DNA of 64,000 nucleotides from Nibricoccus sp. (GTDB lineage Bacteria > Verrucomicrobiota > Verrucomicrobiia > Opitutales > Opitutaceae), in the NCBI GenBank assembly GCA_047602425.1, contig JASGHG010000001.1, positions 2,912,001 through 2,976,000 of the forward strand, written 5' to 3'. The notes beneath the pieces are model-generated. The model saw only the letters and a list, made by a program, of their open reading frames with translations, was not told the origin of the DNA and searched no databases. Positions 28,824 to 39,424 of the stretch are shown here, one piece after another (position 1 is the first letter of the stretch; every line of letters starts with the position of its first letter). The position numbers were made by a program, and so were the translations under genes.

Positions 28824-29555
28824 ATGAATACCTCCCTTGCTCTCGCTCCCGCTCCTTCGCCGGTGGAACTGGATGTTCCCTCGATCGCGTTTTTCGGCCG
28901 CACCCTGGCCGAGTATGCGCAGTTTTTTTCCCTCGATATCGATGCTCTTGACGGCCTCTCGGTCCTCGATGTCGCCGCCGGTCCGTCGTCTTTCACGGCC
29001 GAAGCCTGTAGACGCGGCGCTGATGCCGTTGCGGTCGATCCGCTATACGGCTGCACCCTGCAAGCGTTGTCGGCACATGTCCAAATCGATTACCGGCGGA
29101 TGATCGAACAGATGCGGACCAAGCCGGAGTTGCTGCGCTTTCGGTCGTTCAAGTCGATCGACGAAGCCGAAAGCAGCCGGCGCACCGCGGCCGAAAGATT
29201 TTTGGCGGACTACGAACAGCACTTCGTGCACAACCGTTACATTGGCGCGGCGCTTCCACAGCTGCCGTTCCTCGACGGGGCCTTCGATCTGGTGCTTTGT
29301 GCGCATTTTCTTTTTGTCTACGCGAAGAAGTTCGGTTTCGAGTTTCATCTTGAGGCTTGCCGTGAGCTTGTGCGCGTGAGCAGCGATGAAGTGCGGATCC
29401 ACCCGGTGGTTGGTTTGGGCGGAAAGACCTACGCTGAACTCGACCGTTTGAGATCGGTGCTCGACGCCGAAGGAATCGAGAGCGAAGTCGTGCCGGTGGA
29501 ATACGAATTCTTCAAGGGCACCGACTCGATGCTGGTGCTGAAGCGTGGCGCGTGA
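28824..29555 (+). CDS. Class I SAM-dependent methyltransferase-like protein, uncharacterised family
   Basis: VLDVAAGPSSF motif I, AVDPLY, LPFLDGAFDLVLCAHFLF, ELVRV. Confidence 0.82.
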   Translation: MNTSLALAPAPSPVELDVPSIAFFGRTLAEYAQFFSLDIDALDGLSVLDVAAGPSSFTAEACRRGADAVAVDPLYGCTLQALSAHVQIDYRRMIEQMRTKPELLRFRSFKSIDEAESSRRTAAERFLADYEQHFVHNRYIGAALPQLPFLDGAFDLVLCAHFLFVYAKKFGFEFHLEACRELVRVSSDEVRIHPVVGLGGKTYAELDRLRSVLDAEGIESEVVPVEYEFFKGTDSMLVLKRGA

Positions 29556-29606
29556 ACGGCACTGCGCTTCTGACAAAACTATTATCTATCTGTAAAACAT
29601 AGTGCC

Positions 29607-30053
29607 ATGAATATCTGTTATGAAGTGGATCGGGTCATCTCTGAGGACCAGTTTATCGACTTGTTGCGACGCTCGACCTTGGCAGAACGCCGGCCGGTGG
29701 ACGACGTGCGCTGCATCCGCGCAATGCTGGAGCACGCCAACCTGCTTTGCACGGCGTGGGATGGGCCGAAGCTCGTCGGCGTGGCGCGATCACTGACCGA
29801 TTTTAAATACTGCTGCTATCTTTCCGACCTCGCGGTTGATGAAAGCTATCAGCGGAGCGGCATTGGCCGCGAACTCGTCCGACTGACAAGTTCTAAACTG
29901 GGTCCGCGGGCGAAAATAGTCCTGCTGGCCGCGCCGAAGGCCGAAGCCTATTATCCGAAAATCGGTTTTGAGGCGCATCGCTCTGCGTGGGCAATGCCGG
30001 CGTCACGGCTAGCGCGAGAAGTAAACCACATTCAAGAGGCATGGATGCATTGA
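29607..30053 (+). CDS. GNAT family acetyltransferase
   Basis: LVGVARSLTDF, YLSDLAVD..YQRSGIG, YYPKIGF. Confidence 0.9.
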   Translation: MNICYEVDRVISEDQFIDLLRRSTLAERRPVDDVRCIRAMLEHANLLCTAWDGPKLVGVARSLTDFKYCCYLSDLAVDESYQRSGIGRELVRLTSSKLGPRAKIVLLAAPKAEAYYPKIGFEAHRSAWAMPASRLAREVNHIQEAWMH

Positions 30054-30057
30054 AATA

Positions 30058-30082
30058 GTTTGTCATTTAATGAATGACAAAC
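30058..30082. repeat. 25-bp palindrome, copy 1
   Basis: GTTTGTCATT-taatg-AATGACAAAC. Confidence 0.7.
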
Positions 30083-30118
30083 CATTCGGCAGAGGGAACT
30101 GCGTGAGCTATTGCCGGC

Positions 30119-32002
30119 TTAGGCTTTTTCCATTTCCTCCAGCTTAGAGGCGGCCTGCTCCCAGTCGGCGGTGGCGGCGGTGATTTGATCGACGATGCTG
30201 CTGAGTTCCCGATTTAAATTCTGGGCTTTGCCGGGCGTGGAATAAGTTTCGGGCGCTTCCAACTCGGCGGTGAGTTCGGCTTGCTTTGCTTCCAACTCGG
30301 CAACGGCTTTTTCCAGCTGGCCAACTTTTTCGCGGAATTTGCGGATTTCGTTCGGGGTCGGCTTTTTTGCGCTCGAAGCTGCGGGTGTCGCTTTGGAATT
30401 TGAAATCTGCGCTTTGGAATTTGCAGCCGCCTGCACAGGGCGCCCATCGGTGAAACCGGCGGTGAGCGCGGCGCGGGCGTCGCTGGCTTTGGACTTTTCC
30501 AAATAGTAATCGTAGTCGCCGGCGTAAGGCGTCAGACGACCGGAATGGACGTGGAGAACATTCTGCGCGAGGGCACGGATGAAATGAACGTCGTGGCTGA
30601 TGAAAATGAGGGTACCTTCGTAGTTTTTCAGCGCGCTGATGAGCGAGTCGATCGACTGAATGTCGAGATGGGTGGTCGGCTCATCCATGAGCAGGAGATT
30701 CGGCGGCTTAACGAGAAGGCGGGCGAGGGCGAGGCGGGATTTTTCACCGCCGGAAAGAACATTGATGGGTTTGTGAACGTCGTCCTTGCGGAAGAGGAAG
30801 GCGCCGAGAATGGCTCTGGCTTGTTGTTCGGTGAGCTGATTTTCGTTAGTCCGCAGCGACATCACGTTTTCGAAAACGGTCAGATTGGGATCCAGGTTGT
30901 CGAGTCGGTTCTGCGCGAAGTAGCCGGGGACGACGTTGCTGCCGAGTTCACGCGTGCCGCCCTGAATGGGAATGACGTCGGCGAGGATTTTGAGCAGCGT
31001 GGATTTGCCGGCGCCATTGGGTCCGACGAGGACGATGCGCTGGCCGCGCTCGGCCGTGAAATTGAGATCCCGATAGACGACGTGATCGCCGTAGGCCTGT
31101 TGGACGTGTTCGAGTTCGATAACCTTGAGTCCGGAGCGCGGGGGTTGCGGGAATTTGAAATTCATTTTCCGCAACTCTTCGGTAGGTTCCTCGACGGCGA
31201 CTTCCTGAAGACGCTCGATTTGTTTTTCCTTAGACTTGGCGCGGGACGCCATGGAAGCCTTGGCACCGAAGCGATCGACGAATTTCTGAAGATGGGCGAT
31301 TTCGCGCTGTTGGTTTTTGAAGGCGGCGAGTTGTTGGGCTTTTCGGGCTTCTTTCTCGGTTAGGAAGTTGTCGTAGTTGCCGTGGTAGTAGTGAAGCGTG
31401 TTCGCGCGCAGTTCGAGCATGCCGGTGCAGAGCGCGTTGAGAAAGGCGCGGTCGTGGGAGATGACGACGAGGCCGCCGGGGTAGCGCGTGAGATAGTCCT
31501 GAAACCAGAGGAGGGCTTCGAGGTCGAGATGGTTGGTCGGTTCGTCGAGGAGGAGAAGGGCTGGTTCGGCAACGAGGAGGCGGGCAAGATGGGCGCGCAT
31601 GACCCAGCCGCCGGAAAACGTTTTCGCAAGTTTGAGAGCATCGCCTTCCTTGAAGCCAAGCCCGGCGAGGATTTTTTTTGCGCGCGGCTCGAGCGTGTAG
31701 TCGATGTCGTAGTCGTCGTCGGTCGGTTCGAGCTTTTTGCCGCTCGTCGCGATGTGGAGAATGGTTTCGTCGCCGGCGGGCGCGCTTTCCTGCGGAAGGA
31801 AACCGAAGTCGGCGCCGCGTTCCCATTCGATGGTGCCGGTGTCGGGTTTTTCCTCGCCGAGGATGAGATTGAACAGCGTGGATTTCCCGGCGCCATTGGG
31901 GCCGATCAGGCCGAGGCGGTCGGTGCGGGCAATGAAGAGCGACACGTCGCGAAAAAGTTCGCGCGTACCATAGGACTTGGAGACATCGGCGATCGTAAGC
32001 AT
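30119..32002 (-). CDS. ABC-F family ATPase (Uup/YheS-like)
   Basis: Two GPNGAGKS Walker A motifs, LDEPTNHLD and MDEPTTHLD, no TM segments, C-terminal coiled coil. Confidence 0.93.
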   Translation of the reverse strand: MLTIADVSKSYGTRELFRDVSLFIARTDRLGLIGPNGAGKSTLFNLILGEEKPDTGTIEWERGADFGFLPQESAPAGDETILHIATSGKKLEPTDDDYDIDYTLEPRAKKILAGLGFKEGDALKLAKTFSGGWVMRAHLARLLVAEPALLLLDEPTNHLDLEALLWFQDYLTRYPGGLVVISHDRAFLNALCTGMLELRANTLHYYHGNYDNFLTEKEARKAQQLAAFKNQQREIAHLQKFVDRFGAKASMASRAKSKEKQIERLQEVAVEEPTEELRKMNFKFPQPPRSGLKVIELEHVQQAYGDHVVYRDLNFTAERGQRIVLVGPNGAGKSTLLKILADVIPIQGGTRELGSNVVPGYFAQNRLDNLDPNLTVFENVMSLRTNENQLTEQQARAILGAFLFRKDDVHKPINVLSGGEKSRLALARLLVKPPNLLLMDEPTTHLDIQSIDSLISALKNYEGTLIFISHDVHFIRALAQNVLHVHSGRLTPYAGDYDYYLEKSKASDARAALTAGFTDGRPVQAAANSKAQISNSKATPAASSAKKPTPNEIRKFREKVGQLEKAVAELEAKQAELTAELEAPETYSTPGKAQNLNRELSSIVDQITAATADWEQAASKLEEMEKA

Positions 32003-32107
32003 TGAAACGGTCCAACTAAGCGGACGGGTGCGGGGATGGTCAACCCGGCGTTTGTGAAATCACGGAGGGTTTTGCGTTGCCGGTGATTGTTGATAGAAGT
32101 TGTGCGC

Positions 32108-34252
32108 ATGCCCAACCGCCTCGCACAGGAAAAATCGCCTTATCTGCTTCAGCATGCCGACAACCCGGTGAACTGGCTGCCTTGGGGCGAGGACGCTTTT
32201 GCAAAGGCGCGGACCGAGCAAAAACCGATTTTTTTGAGCATCGGATATTCGACGTGTCATTGGTGTCACGTGATGGCTCACGAGTCGTTCGAAAACACTG
32301 AAGTCGCGGCCATACTTAACCAACACTTTGTGGCAATCAAGGTGGACCGCGAGGAGCGACCCGACGTCGACCGCGTGTACATGGCTTACGTGCAGGCGGC
32401 GACGGGACACGGCGGCTGGCCGTTGAGCGCATGGCTGACACCGCAGTTGAAACCTTTTTACGGCGGCACGTATTTTCCACCCGAAGACTGGAATGGACGC
32501 CACGGTTTCAAGGCGGTTTTGCGGGCGCTGGCGCACGCGTGGGAGACGGACCGCGAGAAAATCGAGGAGGAAGGCGAACGCGTGATCGGTTCTTTGCGGC
32601 AGCATTTTGCCGAACAGGGTAAAACCGACACAATTCCCGGCGATCTTTCCGGCGCGGTGGCGGTGGCGCTGGGGGGAGCATTCCAATATTTTCACGAGTA
32701 CTTCGACGGTGGTGAAGGCGGCTTTGGCGGAGCGCCGAAGTTTCCGCGGGCATCGAACATCGACCTGCTTTTGCGCTTTGTGGCGCGGGCGGGCCAGGAG
32801 ACCGCACGCGGGCGCGAGGCCCTCGCTATGGCGGAACTGACCTTGCAGAAAATGGCGAAAGGAGGGATCCGCGATCACGTCGGCGGGGGCTTTCACCGCT
32901 ATTCTGTCGATGATGAATGGTTTGTTCCGCATTTCGAGAAGATGCTCTATGACCAGGCGCAGATCGCGGCAAATTATCTGGAGGCATTTCGTGTGACGGG
33001 CCGGGAAGCATATGCCTGGGTGGCGCGAGATACGCTCGACTATGTTTTGCGCGATCTGCGGTCGGCCGATGGCGGATTTTTTTCCGCCGAGGATGCCGAC
33101 AGCCTGATTGCGCATGGAAAACCCGAGCACGCGGAAGGTGCGTTTTATCTTTGGACACAGGCTGAGCTTGAGCAGGCGCTCGGCGAAGATGCGCGTTTGG
33201 TCTGTGCGCATTTTGACGTGGAAGCGACGGGGAATGTAAGTCCTGAACGCGACGCACACGAGGAATTTGTCGGGAAAAACATTCTGCGCCAACGTAATGC
33301 CCTCGTGAATACAGCCGGCGCGCAGGGAATTTCTTCCGAGGATGCCGAAGTTCGGTTGAGCGCTGCATTGTTACGATTGCGCGAGGTGAGGGCGAAACGT
33401 CCGCGGCCCCATCTCGACGATAAAATCGTCACGGCATGGAATGGGCTGGCGATATCCGCGTTGGCGAAGGCGGGACGAATCCTGGGCGAACCGGTCTATG
33501 AGGCTGCGGCGACGCGCGCGGCGGAATTTTTGCAACGGGAACTGTACGATGAGCGTCGCGGAATCTTGTTTCGAAGCCACCGTCAAGGGCGCGGCGCCGC
33601 CGAAGGTTTTGCCGAAGATTATGCTTTTTTAATCGAAGGGTTGCTCGACCTCTATGAAACGACATTTGAAACGCGCTGGCTGCAATGGGCGCAGAGCTTG
33701 CAGGCGAAGATGAATGAACTTCTCTGGGACGAAGCGCAGGGCGGCTATTTTAATTCGGCGGCTGGCGATGCCAATTTGTTGCTCCGCTTGAAGGAAGAAT
33801 ACGACGGTGCGGAACCTGCGCCGAGTTCCGTGGCGATTTCGAATCTGGTTCGCCTGGCACCGCTTTCGGGTGACGAAGCGGTTTTCATGGAACGCGCGCG
33901 GCGGACGGGCGCGGCATTTCAAAAGCAGTGGAGCCGCGCGCCGCAGGCACTGCCGCGGATGTTATGTTCCTTGGAATTGGTTGTGGAAACGCCGGGACAG
34001 GTGGTGCTGACGGGCGATCCTCAATCAGCGGCTTTTCGCGAACTATTGGCGGTAGTCGACCGGTCGTTAGGGCCGCGTCGATTGGTCTTTGCGGCAAAGT
34101 CGGTTGCCGACTGGCAGTGGTTGGTGGGTCGCGCACCCTGGTTGCAAGCCATGAACAAAACGCCGGAGCGGGCGACGGCGTATGTGTGCGAGCACTACAG
34201 CTGCAAGGTGCCGGTGACGAGCGCGGCGGAATTGCACGCGCTGCTTAAATAA
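32108..34252 (+). CDS. YyaL/SPATA20-like thioredoxin-domain plus alpha/alpha-barrel protein
   Basis: [39 protein letters not shown]. Confidence 0.93.
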   Translation: MPNRLAQEKSPYLLQHADNPVNWLPWGEDAFAKARTEQKPIFLSIGYSTCHWCHVMAHESFENTEVAAILNQHFVAIKVDREERPDVDRVYMAYVQAATGHGGWPLSAWLTPQLKPFYGGTYFPPEDWNGRHGFKAVLRALAHAWETDREKIEEEGERVIGSLRQHFAEQGKTDTIPGDLSGAVAVALGGAFQYFHEYFDGGEGGFGGAPKFPRASNIDLLLRFVARAGQETARGREALAMAELTLQKMAKGGIRDHVGGGFHRYSVDDEWFVPHFEKMLYDQAQIAANYLEAFRVTGREAYAWVARDTLDYVLRDLRSADGGFFSAEDADSLIAHGKPEHAEGAFYLWTQAELEQALGEDARLVCAHFDVEATGNVSPERDAHEEFVGKNILRQRNALVNTAGAQGISSEDAEVRLSAALLRLREVRAKRPRPHLDDKIVTAWNGLAISALAKAGRILGEPVYEAAATRAAEFLQRELYDERRGILFRSHRQGRGAAEGFAEDYAFLIEGLLDLYETTFETRWLQWAQSLQAKMNELLWDEAQGGYFNSAAGDANLLLRLKEEYDGAEPAPSSVAISNLVRLAPLSGDEAVFMERARRTGAAFQKQWSRAPQALPRMLCSLELVVETPGQVVLTGDPQSAAFRELLAVVDRSLGPRRLVFAAKSVADWQWLVGRAPWLQAMNKTPERATAYVCEHYSCKVPVTSAAELHALLK

Positions 34253-34296
34253 AACGCCTGATGCAAAACGGTGGCAATGAGCCCCGTTGTTTTCAC

Positions 34297-34788
34297 TCAG
34301 CTGCTTTCGGCGACTTCAAGGTGTGCCTGCATTTCCTCGGAGGACCGCGCGGAACGTGCGGCCACGAGGTCGCGGATATTTTCGAGGATCGTGATGATTT
34401 CCGGTCGGCCGGAGGCGAAGAGAAGCGCGCGAATTTGGTCCACCGTAAGATGTTCAGCAATCACGGTGTCGGCGAGCAATTGCGCCGCTTCCTGCTCGGT
34501 GGCGCGATAGCGGGCGATTTTTTTGCGAGCCTCTTCCGTGCTTTGTTCGGAGGTGAGGTTGACGCCGCTGACGGCTTCAAGCCAGAGCAGGGCAATGCTC
34601 TTGAGCTCGGCGGATTCCTGCCCGTAGCCCATGACGGTCATGAGCTCGGCGATCGTTTTGAACTTAACCGGCCGGCCGCTCTCAACGTTTATCACGGTGT
34701 TGCGGTGGCAGGCAGCTTTGCGGGCGAGGCCTTCGTGGGTCAGCCCTTTGATTTCCCTGAGGTTGCGGAATAGCTGGGTGTAGTGCAT
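34297..34788 (-). CDS. XRE-family helix-turn-helix protein
   Basis: LREIKGLTHEGLARKAACHRNTVINVESG. Confidence 0.8.
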   Translation of the reverse strand: MHYTQLFRNLREIKGLTHEGLARKAACHRNTVINVESGRPVKFKTIAELMTVMGYGQESAELKSIALLWLEAVSGVNLTSEQSTEEARKKIARYRATEQEAAQLLADTVIAEHLTVDQIRALLFASGRPEIITILENIRDLVAARSARSSEEMQAHLEVAESS

Positions 34789-35069
34789 GCGGTCTTTTGT
34801 ATGTGGATGCTGAGGGGTGTGGCGTGATGCTAAGTCAACGGCGTCGTGAGGACGAAGCCCGTACGTACCTTGTAGCGGGTAGTTGTCTACCGGCCGGGTG
34901 GTTTGCCGGTTGACAATTGTTGGGCGTACACAGAGCGTTGACGTATGCCGATTGCTAACATCGAGCACGGAATGTCGGACGTCAATGCGTTACATGCAAG
35001 TTGTAGCGAAAAAGTGGTTACAAATCAAAATCCGTCCCTAACTAGCTGCCATCGGGAGGTGTGGTGACG

Positions 35070-35429
35070 ATGGCCCGGGTGCTGGTGGTCGACGACGACA
35101 ACGCGGTGCGCGAAGTGCTGCAATTGATCCTGCGGCGCGCCGGTTACGACGTGCATGTGGCGGGCAACGGCTTGGAAGCCCTGGAGAAGATGCGGACTGG
35201 CGGTGCGGACTTGGTATTGCTCGATATTGAGATGCCCGGAATGAACGGGCTGGAATTTTGCGAGCAGTTGCGCGCGGATCCCGCCTGGCAAAAAATCCCT
35301 GTGATCATGATGACGGGACGGCCGGTGCAGGGACTTTCGGAAAAAGCGAACCGCGTGGGGGCAATCGAATTGGTTAGCAAACCGTTTGAACGCGTGACGT
35401 TGTTGGAAAAAATCAAAGCTTCGCTTTGA
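35070..35429 (+). CDS. Single-domain response regulator
   Basis: VLVVDDD, LLDIEMPGMNG, KPF. Confidence 0.92.
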   Translation: MARVLVVDDDNAVREVLQLILRRAGYDVHVAGNGLEALEKMRTGGADLVLLDIEMPGMNGLEFCEQLRADPAWQKIPVIMMTGRPVQGLSEKANRVGAIELVSKPFERVTLLEKIKASL

Positions 35430-35581
35430 GAGACTTGAGAGTGCAATGGGTGCCCGGGGAAAGATAGGTCGAGCGGCAGTGGGGAACTTCGAAAAATTCG
35501 TAAACCCAAAGTAAAAGCGGCTGCGGCGGGCGTTTTTGGCTGATACCCAGGGACAACCCCTCAAACCATACGTCACCACAC

Positions 35582-38386
35582 ATGCACGACTCGGGGACAG
35601 TCCGTATACTATTAGTTGGGGACGACGAGTCTGACGACAGGTTGCTGCGGCGGCTGTTGATCGAGGCACGGAGGCCCGAATGGGGATTCGCCTGGCTGCG
35701 TTCCCCCGATGCCGCGCTGGCGCGTTTGATGCAGGAAGGTTGTGAGGTTGCACTGGTGAGCGAGCAATTGGGAAGGCAGAGTGGATTGGAGTTGGTTCGG
35801 CAGGCGCTGGCCCGCGGCTCGAAAGCGGCATTTATTTTGCTGACGGAAAACGAAGACCGGGAGATGCAAGAGGAAGCGTTGAGGGCGGGGGCGGCAGATA
35901 CATTGCCCCGCAACGAACTCTCAGGCACGCTGCTCGAAAGGCTGGTGCGCGCGGTGGTCGAGCGCCAGCGGGTACGCGAGGAATTGCAGGAGAGCGAGGA
36001 ACGTTTTCGCTCGCTTGCGGCCGCGACGCCGTTGCCGCTCTACGTGAAGGGGGCGGACGGCCGCGGAGTTTTTTTCAATCAAAGTTGGCTCGATTTTCGT
36101 GGGCGCGGCCTGGTGCAGGAATGCGGGGATGGCTGGCAGGAGGGATTGCATCCGGAGGATCGCGCGCGAATTCTCGCGTTTCTCGCGAACGCGACTCATC
36201 AGAAAACTCCTTTCGAGATCGAATATCGCGTGCGTCGACGCGATGGCGAATTTTGCCGCATGCTCGATGTGGGCCGGCCCCGTTTTGCCCCTGGCGGAAA
36301 GTTCGTCGGTCACGTTGGGACGTTGACGGAGATTCCGGCCCAGTCGCGGCTGGAGCACGATGTCGCGCTCGCGCGCGAGGAGGCGGTGAGCGCGTCGCGC
36401 CTCAAGTCCCAGTTTCTCTCCAACATCAGCCACGAAATTCGCACGCCGATGAACGGGATCATCGGCATGGCCGGCCTGTTGCTCGATACGCCCCTGACGC
36501 CGGAACAGCATGAACTGGCCGAAGCGGTGCAGAAGAGCGCGGACGTGCTATTGGGCGTGGTTAACGATATACTTGATATCGCCAAAATCGAGACGGGCCG
36601 CCTGCAGGTGGACGCGGTTGAACTGGAGTTGCGCAGCCTGATCGAGGACACGGTGGCGCTGCTGGGCGAGCGCGCGCAGGACAAAGGACTGGAACTCGTT
36701 TGCGAGATCGAGCAGGACATGGCGACGTTGCTGCGCGGAGATCCCGGGCGGTTGCGGCAAGTGCTCGCGAACCTGGTGGGCAATGCCGTTAAGTTCACCG
36801 AGGAGGGCGAGGTGCTGGTGAGCGCGCGCCGGGTGGAGGAGACGGAATCGATTTTGGTGTTTCGCGTCGAAGTGAAGGACACGGGCATCGGCATCACGCC
36901 CGAGGCGCAGAAATTGCTTTTCCAACCCTTTGTGCAAGCCGATGGCGGCCCGGCGCGGCGGCATGGTGGCATGGGACTTGGTTTGGCTATTTCGCGCCAG
37001 CTGATCGAATTGATGGGCGGGCGGCTGGGCCTGGAGAGTCAGCCGCAAAAAGGTTCTCTCTTCTGGTTCGAGTTGTCGTTGCCCAAGCTCGTGGGCGGCG
37101 GCGCGACGGTGGCCGCACATGCACGGCTGCCGCACGAGCCTTCGGTGCTGGTGGTCAATACCAGTGCGACGAACCGTCGCGTCCTGCTTAACCAATTGGC
37201 TGAACTCGGCGTGATGGCCGAGGCGGCGGGGGGCGCGGCCGAGGCTTTTTCGTTGTTGCGAATGCGGGCCAACGCGGGCCGACCGTTTGACATGGCCATG
37301 ATCGACCGGATGCTTCCCGGCACCAGCAGTCGCCAGTTGGCCCGGGAAATCCGGGCGGATTCCGCGCTGTGCTCGACGGCCCTGATCATGGCGACCTCGG
37401 CAAGTCACCTGGCGGAATTGCAGGGATTCAAGCAGAGTGGATTCGATGCCTTCCTTTTAAAACCCATTCGCCAGAGCCAATTGCGCCAGTGCCTGCTGCG
37501 ACTGTTGACCCGTCCGGTGCCAAACCGGTCCGGAGAGCGGAGATCCGCCCACCCATTCGTTCCGGAAATATCGCCGACGCGGCGCGGAGGGTTGCGGGTG
37601 CTGATTGTGGAGGACAATTACGTCAACCAAAAGGTCGCCCAGCGGCACGTCGAGCGGTTGGGACATCTGGCGGAAACGGCGGAGAACGGCGCGCAGGCTC
37701 TCGATATGCTGGCTTTGCAGCGTTACGACATCGTTTTCATGGACTGCCTCATGCCGGTATTGGATGGTTATGAAGCCACGCGCCGGATTCGCGCCGGGCG
37801 TGTGCCCAATCTCGATCCCAATCTTCCGGTCATCGCCTTCACCTCGTATGCGAACGAAACCGACCGCCAGAAATGCCACGCGGCGGGGATGGATGACGTG
37901 GTTTCGAAGCCCGTGAGATTCGAGGATTTTCAGGCCGTGCTCGAGCGCCGGGTGGTGAAGAATGGCGAACGCCACGTGATTCGTTCCGATTCCCAAGTGC
38001 CGTTCGAGAGAGACTTCGCTGTGCTCGATCGCAGCCGGCTCGATCACCTTTACGGACAGCATGCGGGCGACGAGGAATTTATTTGCACGTTGATCGATTT
38101 GTTTTTGGCGGAAACGCCGCGTCGCATCGAAGAGCTGAAGGCCGCCCGCTCCCGCGGCGATTTGCGCGCCTTGGCGAATCTCGCCCATACCGTTCAAGGC
38201 GCTGCCGCCAATCTCGGCGCCCGCGCGCTGGAGCAACATTGTTTGCGGCTCGATGAAATGGCGCAGGCAGGGCGCATGGGGGAAATTGATATTTTGATCG
38301 CCGGTCTCGACGAAGAGCTTGCCCGGCTCGCTTCGGCCTTAGATAAACAGAAGCAAAAGGCCTCCCTTGAAAATCCTCACCGTTGA
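35582..38386 (+). CDS. Hybrid histidine kinase (pseudo-REC, PAS, HisKA, HATPase, 2 REC, HPt)
   Basis: SHEIRTPMNG, NAVKFT, DTGIGI, GLGLAIS, MDCLMP, AHTVQGAA. Confidence 0.93.
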   Translation: MHDSGTVRILLVGDDESDDRLLRRLLIEARRPEWGFAWLRSPDAALARLMQEGCEVALVSEQLGRQSGLELVRQALARGSKAAFILLTENEDREMQEEALRAGAADTLPRNELSGTLLERLVRAVVERQRVREELQESEERFRSLAAATPLPLYVKGADGRGVFFNQSWLDFRGRGLVQECGDGWQEGLHPEDRARILAFLANATHQKTPFEIEYRVRRRDGEFCRMLDVGRPRFAPGGKFVGHVGTLTEIPAQSRLEHDVALAREEAVSASRLKSQFLSNISHEIRTPMNGIIGMAGLLLDTPLTPEQHELAEAVQKSADVLLGVVNDILDIAKIETGRLQVDAVELELRSLIEDTVALLGERAQDKGLELVCEIEQDMATLLRGDPGRLRQVLANLVGNAVKFTEEGEVLVSARRVEETESILVFRVEVKDTGIGITPEAQKLLFQPFVQADGGPARRHGGMGLGLAISRQLIELMGGRLGLESQPQKGSLFWFELSLPKLVGGGATVAAHARLPHEPSVLVVNTSATNRRVLLNQLAELGVMAEAAGGAAEAFSLLRMRANAGRPFDMAMIDRMLPGTSSRQLAREIRADSALCSTALIMATSASHLAELQGFKQSGFDAFLLKPIRQSQLRQCLLRLLTRPVPNRSGERRSAHPFVPEISPTRRGGLRVLIVEDNYVNQKVAQRHVERLGHLAETAENGAQALDMLALQRYDIVFMDCLMPVLDGYEATRRIRAGRVPNLDPNLPVIAFTSYANETDRQKCHAAGMDDVVSKPVRFEDFQAVLERRVVKNGERHVIRSDSQVPFERDFAVLDRSRLDHLYGQHAGDEEFICTLIDLFLAETPRRIEELKAARSRGDLRALANLAHTVQGAAANLGARALEQHCLRLDEMAQAGRMGEIDILIAGLDEELARLASALDKQKQKASLENPHR

Positions 38387-38969
38387 AGACGACCTCGTTG
38401 CACGTAAAATCCTAGTGCAAGCTCTGCATCGCCTGGGCTACGCCACGGCTGAGGCGGCCAATGGCGAAGAAGCGCTTCAAGTCATCGAAAAGGAGCCCGT
38501 GCGGGTGATCGTGAGCGATTGGCTGATGCCGGGAATCGACGGGCTTGAGCTGTGCCGGCGCATCCGCTTTCGGGTCAACAGCGAATACACTTATTTCATT
38601 TTGCTCACCAGTCGCGAAGCCGATTCGACGAATCAGCGCGAGGCGATCGAAGCGGGCGTGGACGATTTTCTGACGAAACCGCTCGACATGCAGGAGCTTT
38701 GGATGCGGCTGCACGTTTCCGAGCGTATTCTGAAATTCACTACACAAGTCCGGCAACTGGAGGCGTTTCTCCCGATCTGTTCGTACTGCAAGAAAGTGCG
38801 CGACGACCAGAATTACTGGCAGCAGATCGAGGCTTACATCAACGAGCGCACCGGCAGCGAATTCAGTCATTCGATCTGCCCCGACTGTTATCAACGCGTG
38901 ATCGTCCCTGAGTTGGAACGCATGAAAATTCCGCTGCCCAAGCCAAAGGTCGAGCGCCCAAAGGGTTGA
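38367..38969 (+). CDS. Response regulator with C-terminal Cys-rich (putative Zn) domain
   Basis: SDWLMPGIDG; LPICSYCKKVRD...FSHSICPDC. Confidence 0.88.
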   Translation: MKILTVEDDLVARKILVQALHRLGYATAEAANGEEALQVIEKEPVRVIVSDWLMPGIDGLELCRRIRFRVNSEYTYFILLTSREADSTNQREAIEAGVDDFLTKPLDMQELWMRLHVSERILKFTTQVRQLEAFLPICSYCKKVRDDQNYWQQIEAYINERTGSEFSHSICPDCYQRVIVPELERMKIPLPKPKVERPKG

Positions 38970-38991
38970 TCGCTCCGGCTCGAAAAACCAC

Positions 38992-39198
38992 ATGGACCAA
39001 GCGCAACAAATTGCCCGGCTTGAGGAGCGGCTGGCCTGGCTGGAACGTCACGTCGTCGAGCAAGACAAGGTGATGCTCGAAATGTCGGAGGATATCATGC
39101 GGCTGCATCGCGAACTACGCGCCATGCGCGATCGCCTGCCCTCGGGCACCCCGGGCGAACCTGACGATACCGCTAACGAACGTCCGCCGCACTATTGA
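38992..39198 (+). CDS. slyX: SlyX family protein
   Basis: IARLEERLAW.E coiled coil, C-terminal ERPPHY. Confidence 0.9.
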   Translation: MDQAQQIARLEERLAWLERHVVEQDKVMLEMSEDIMRLHRELRAMRDRLPSGTPGEPDDTANERPPHY

Positions 39199-39219
39199 TT
39201 GTTGCGGATGGAGCAGGGT

Positions 39220-39357
39220 TTATTTGATCGGAATCTGGCCTGATGACGGGACCTGGATTTTAGGTCCGACCCGATAGCCGGATTTAGTCGCGCAACCGGT
39301 GCAGAAGAAACCGAGCAAAAACACAATTGCGGCCGAAGCCCAGAGTTTGTGAAGCAT
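39220..39357 (-). CDS. Putative small lipoprotein (45 aa)
   Basis: MLHKLWASAAIVFLLGFFCTGC-ATK: basic N-terminus, hydrophobic core, lipobox-like TGC. Confidence 0.55.
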   Translation of the reverse strand: MLHKLWASAAIVFLLGFFCTGCATKSGYRVGPKIQVPSSGQIPIK

Positions 39358-39424
39358 TGAGTTTGCGATCTTGGCGGGGCGGATTCGTTCGGTCGATCGT
39401 GAAAAGTGGCGAAAACTCGCAACC

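Noticed and set aside
34790..35060. Small RNA or second switch between the XRE gene and the response regulator
   Set aside because: TTGAC-type hexamers are present, but no convincing structure, operator repeat or ORF.
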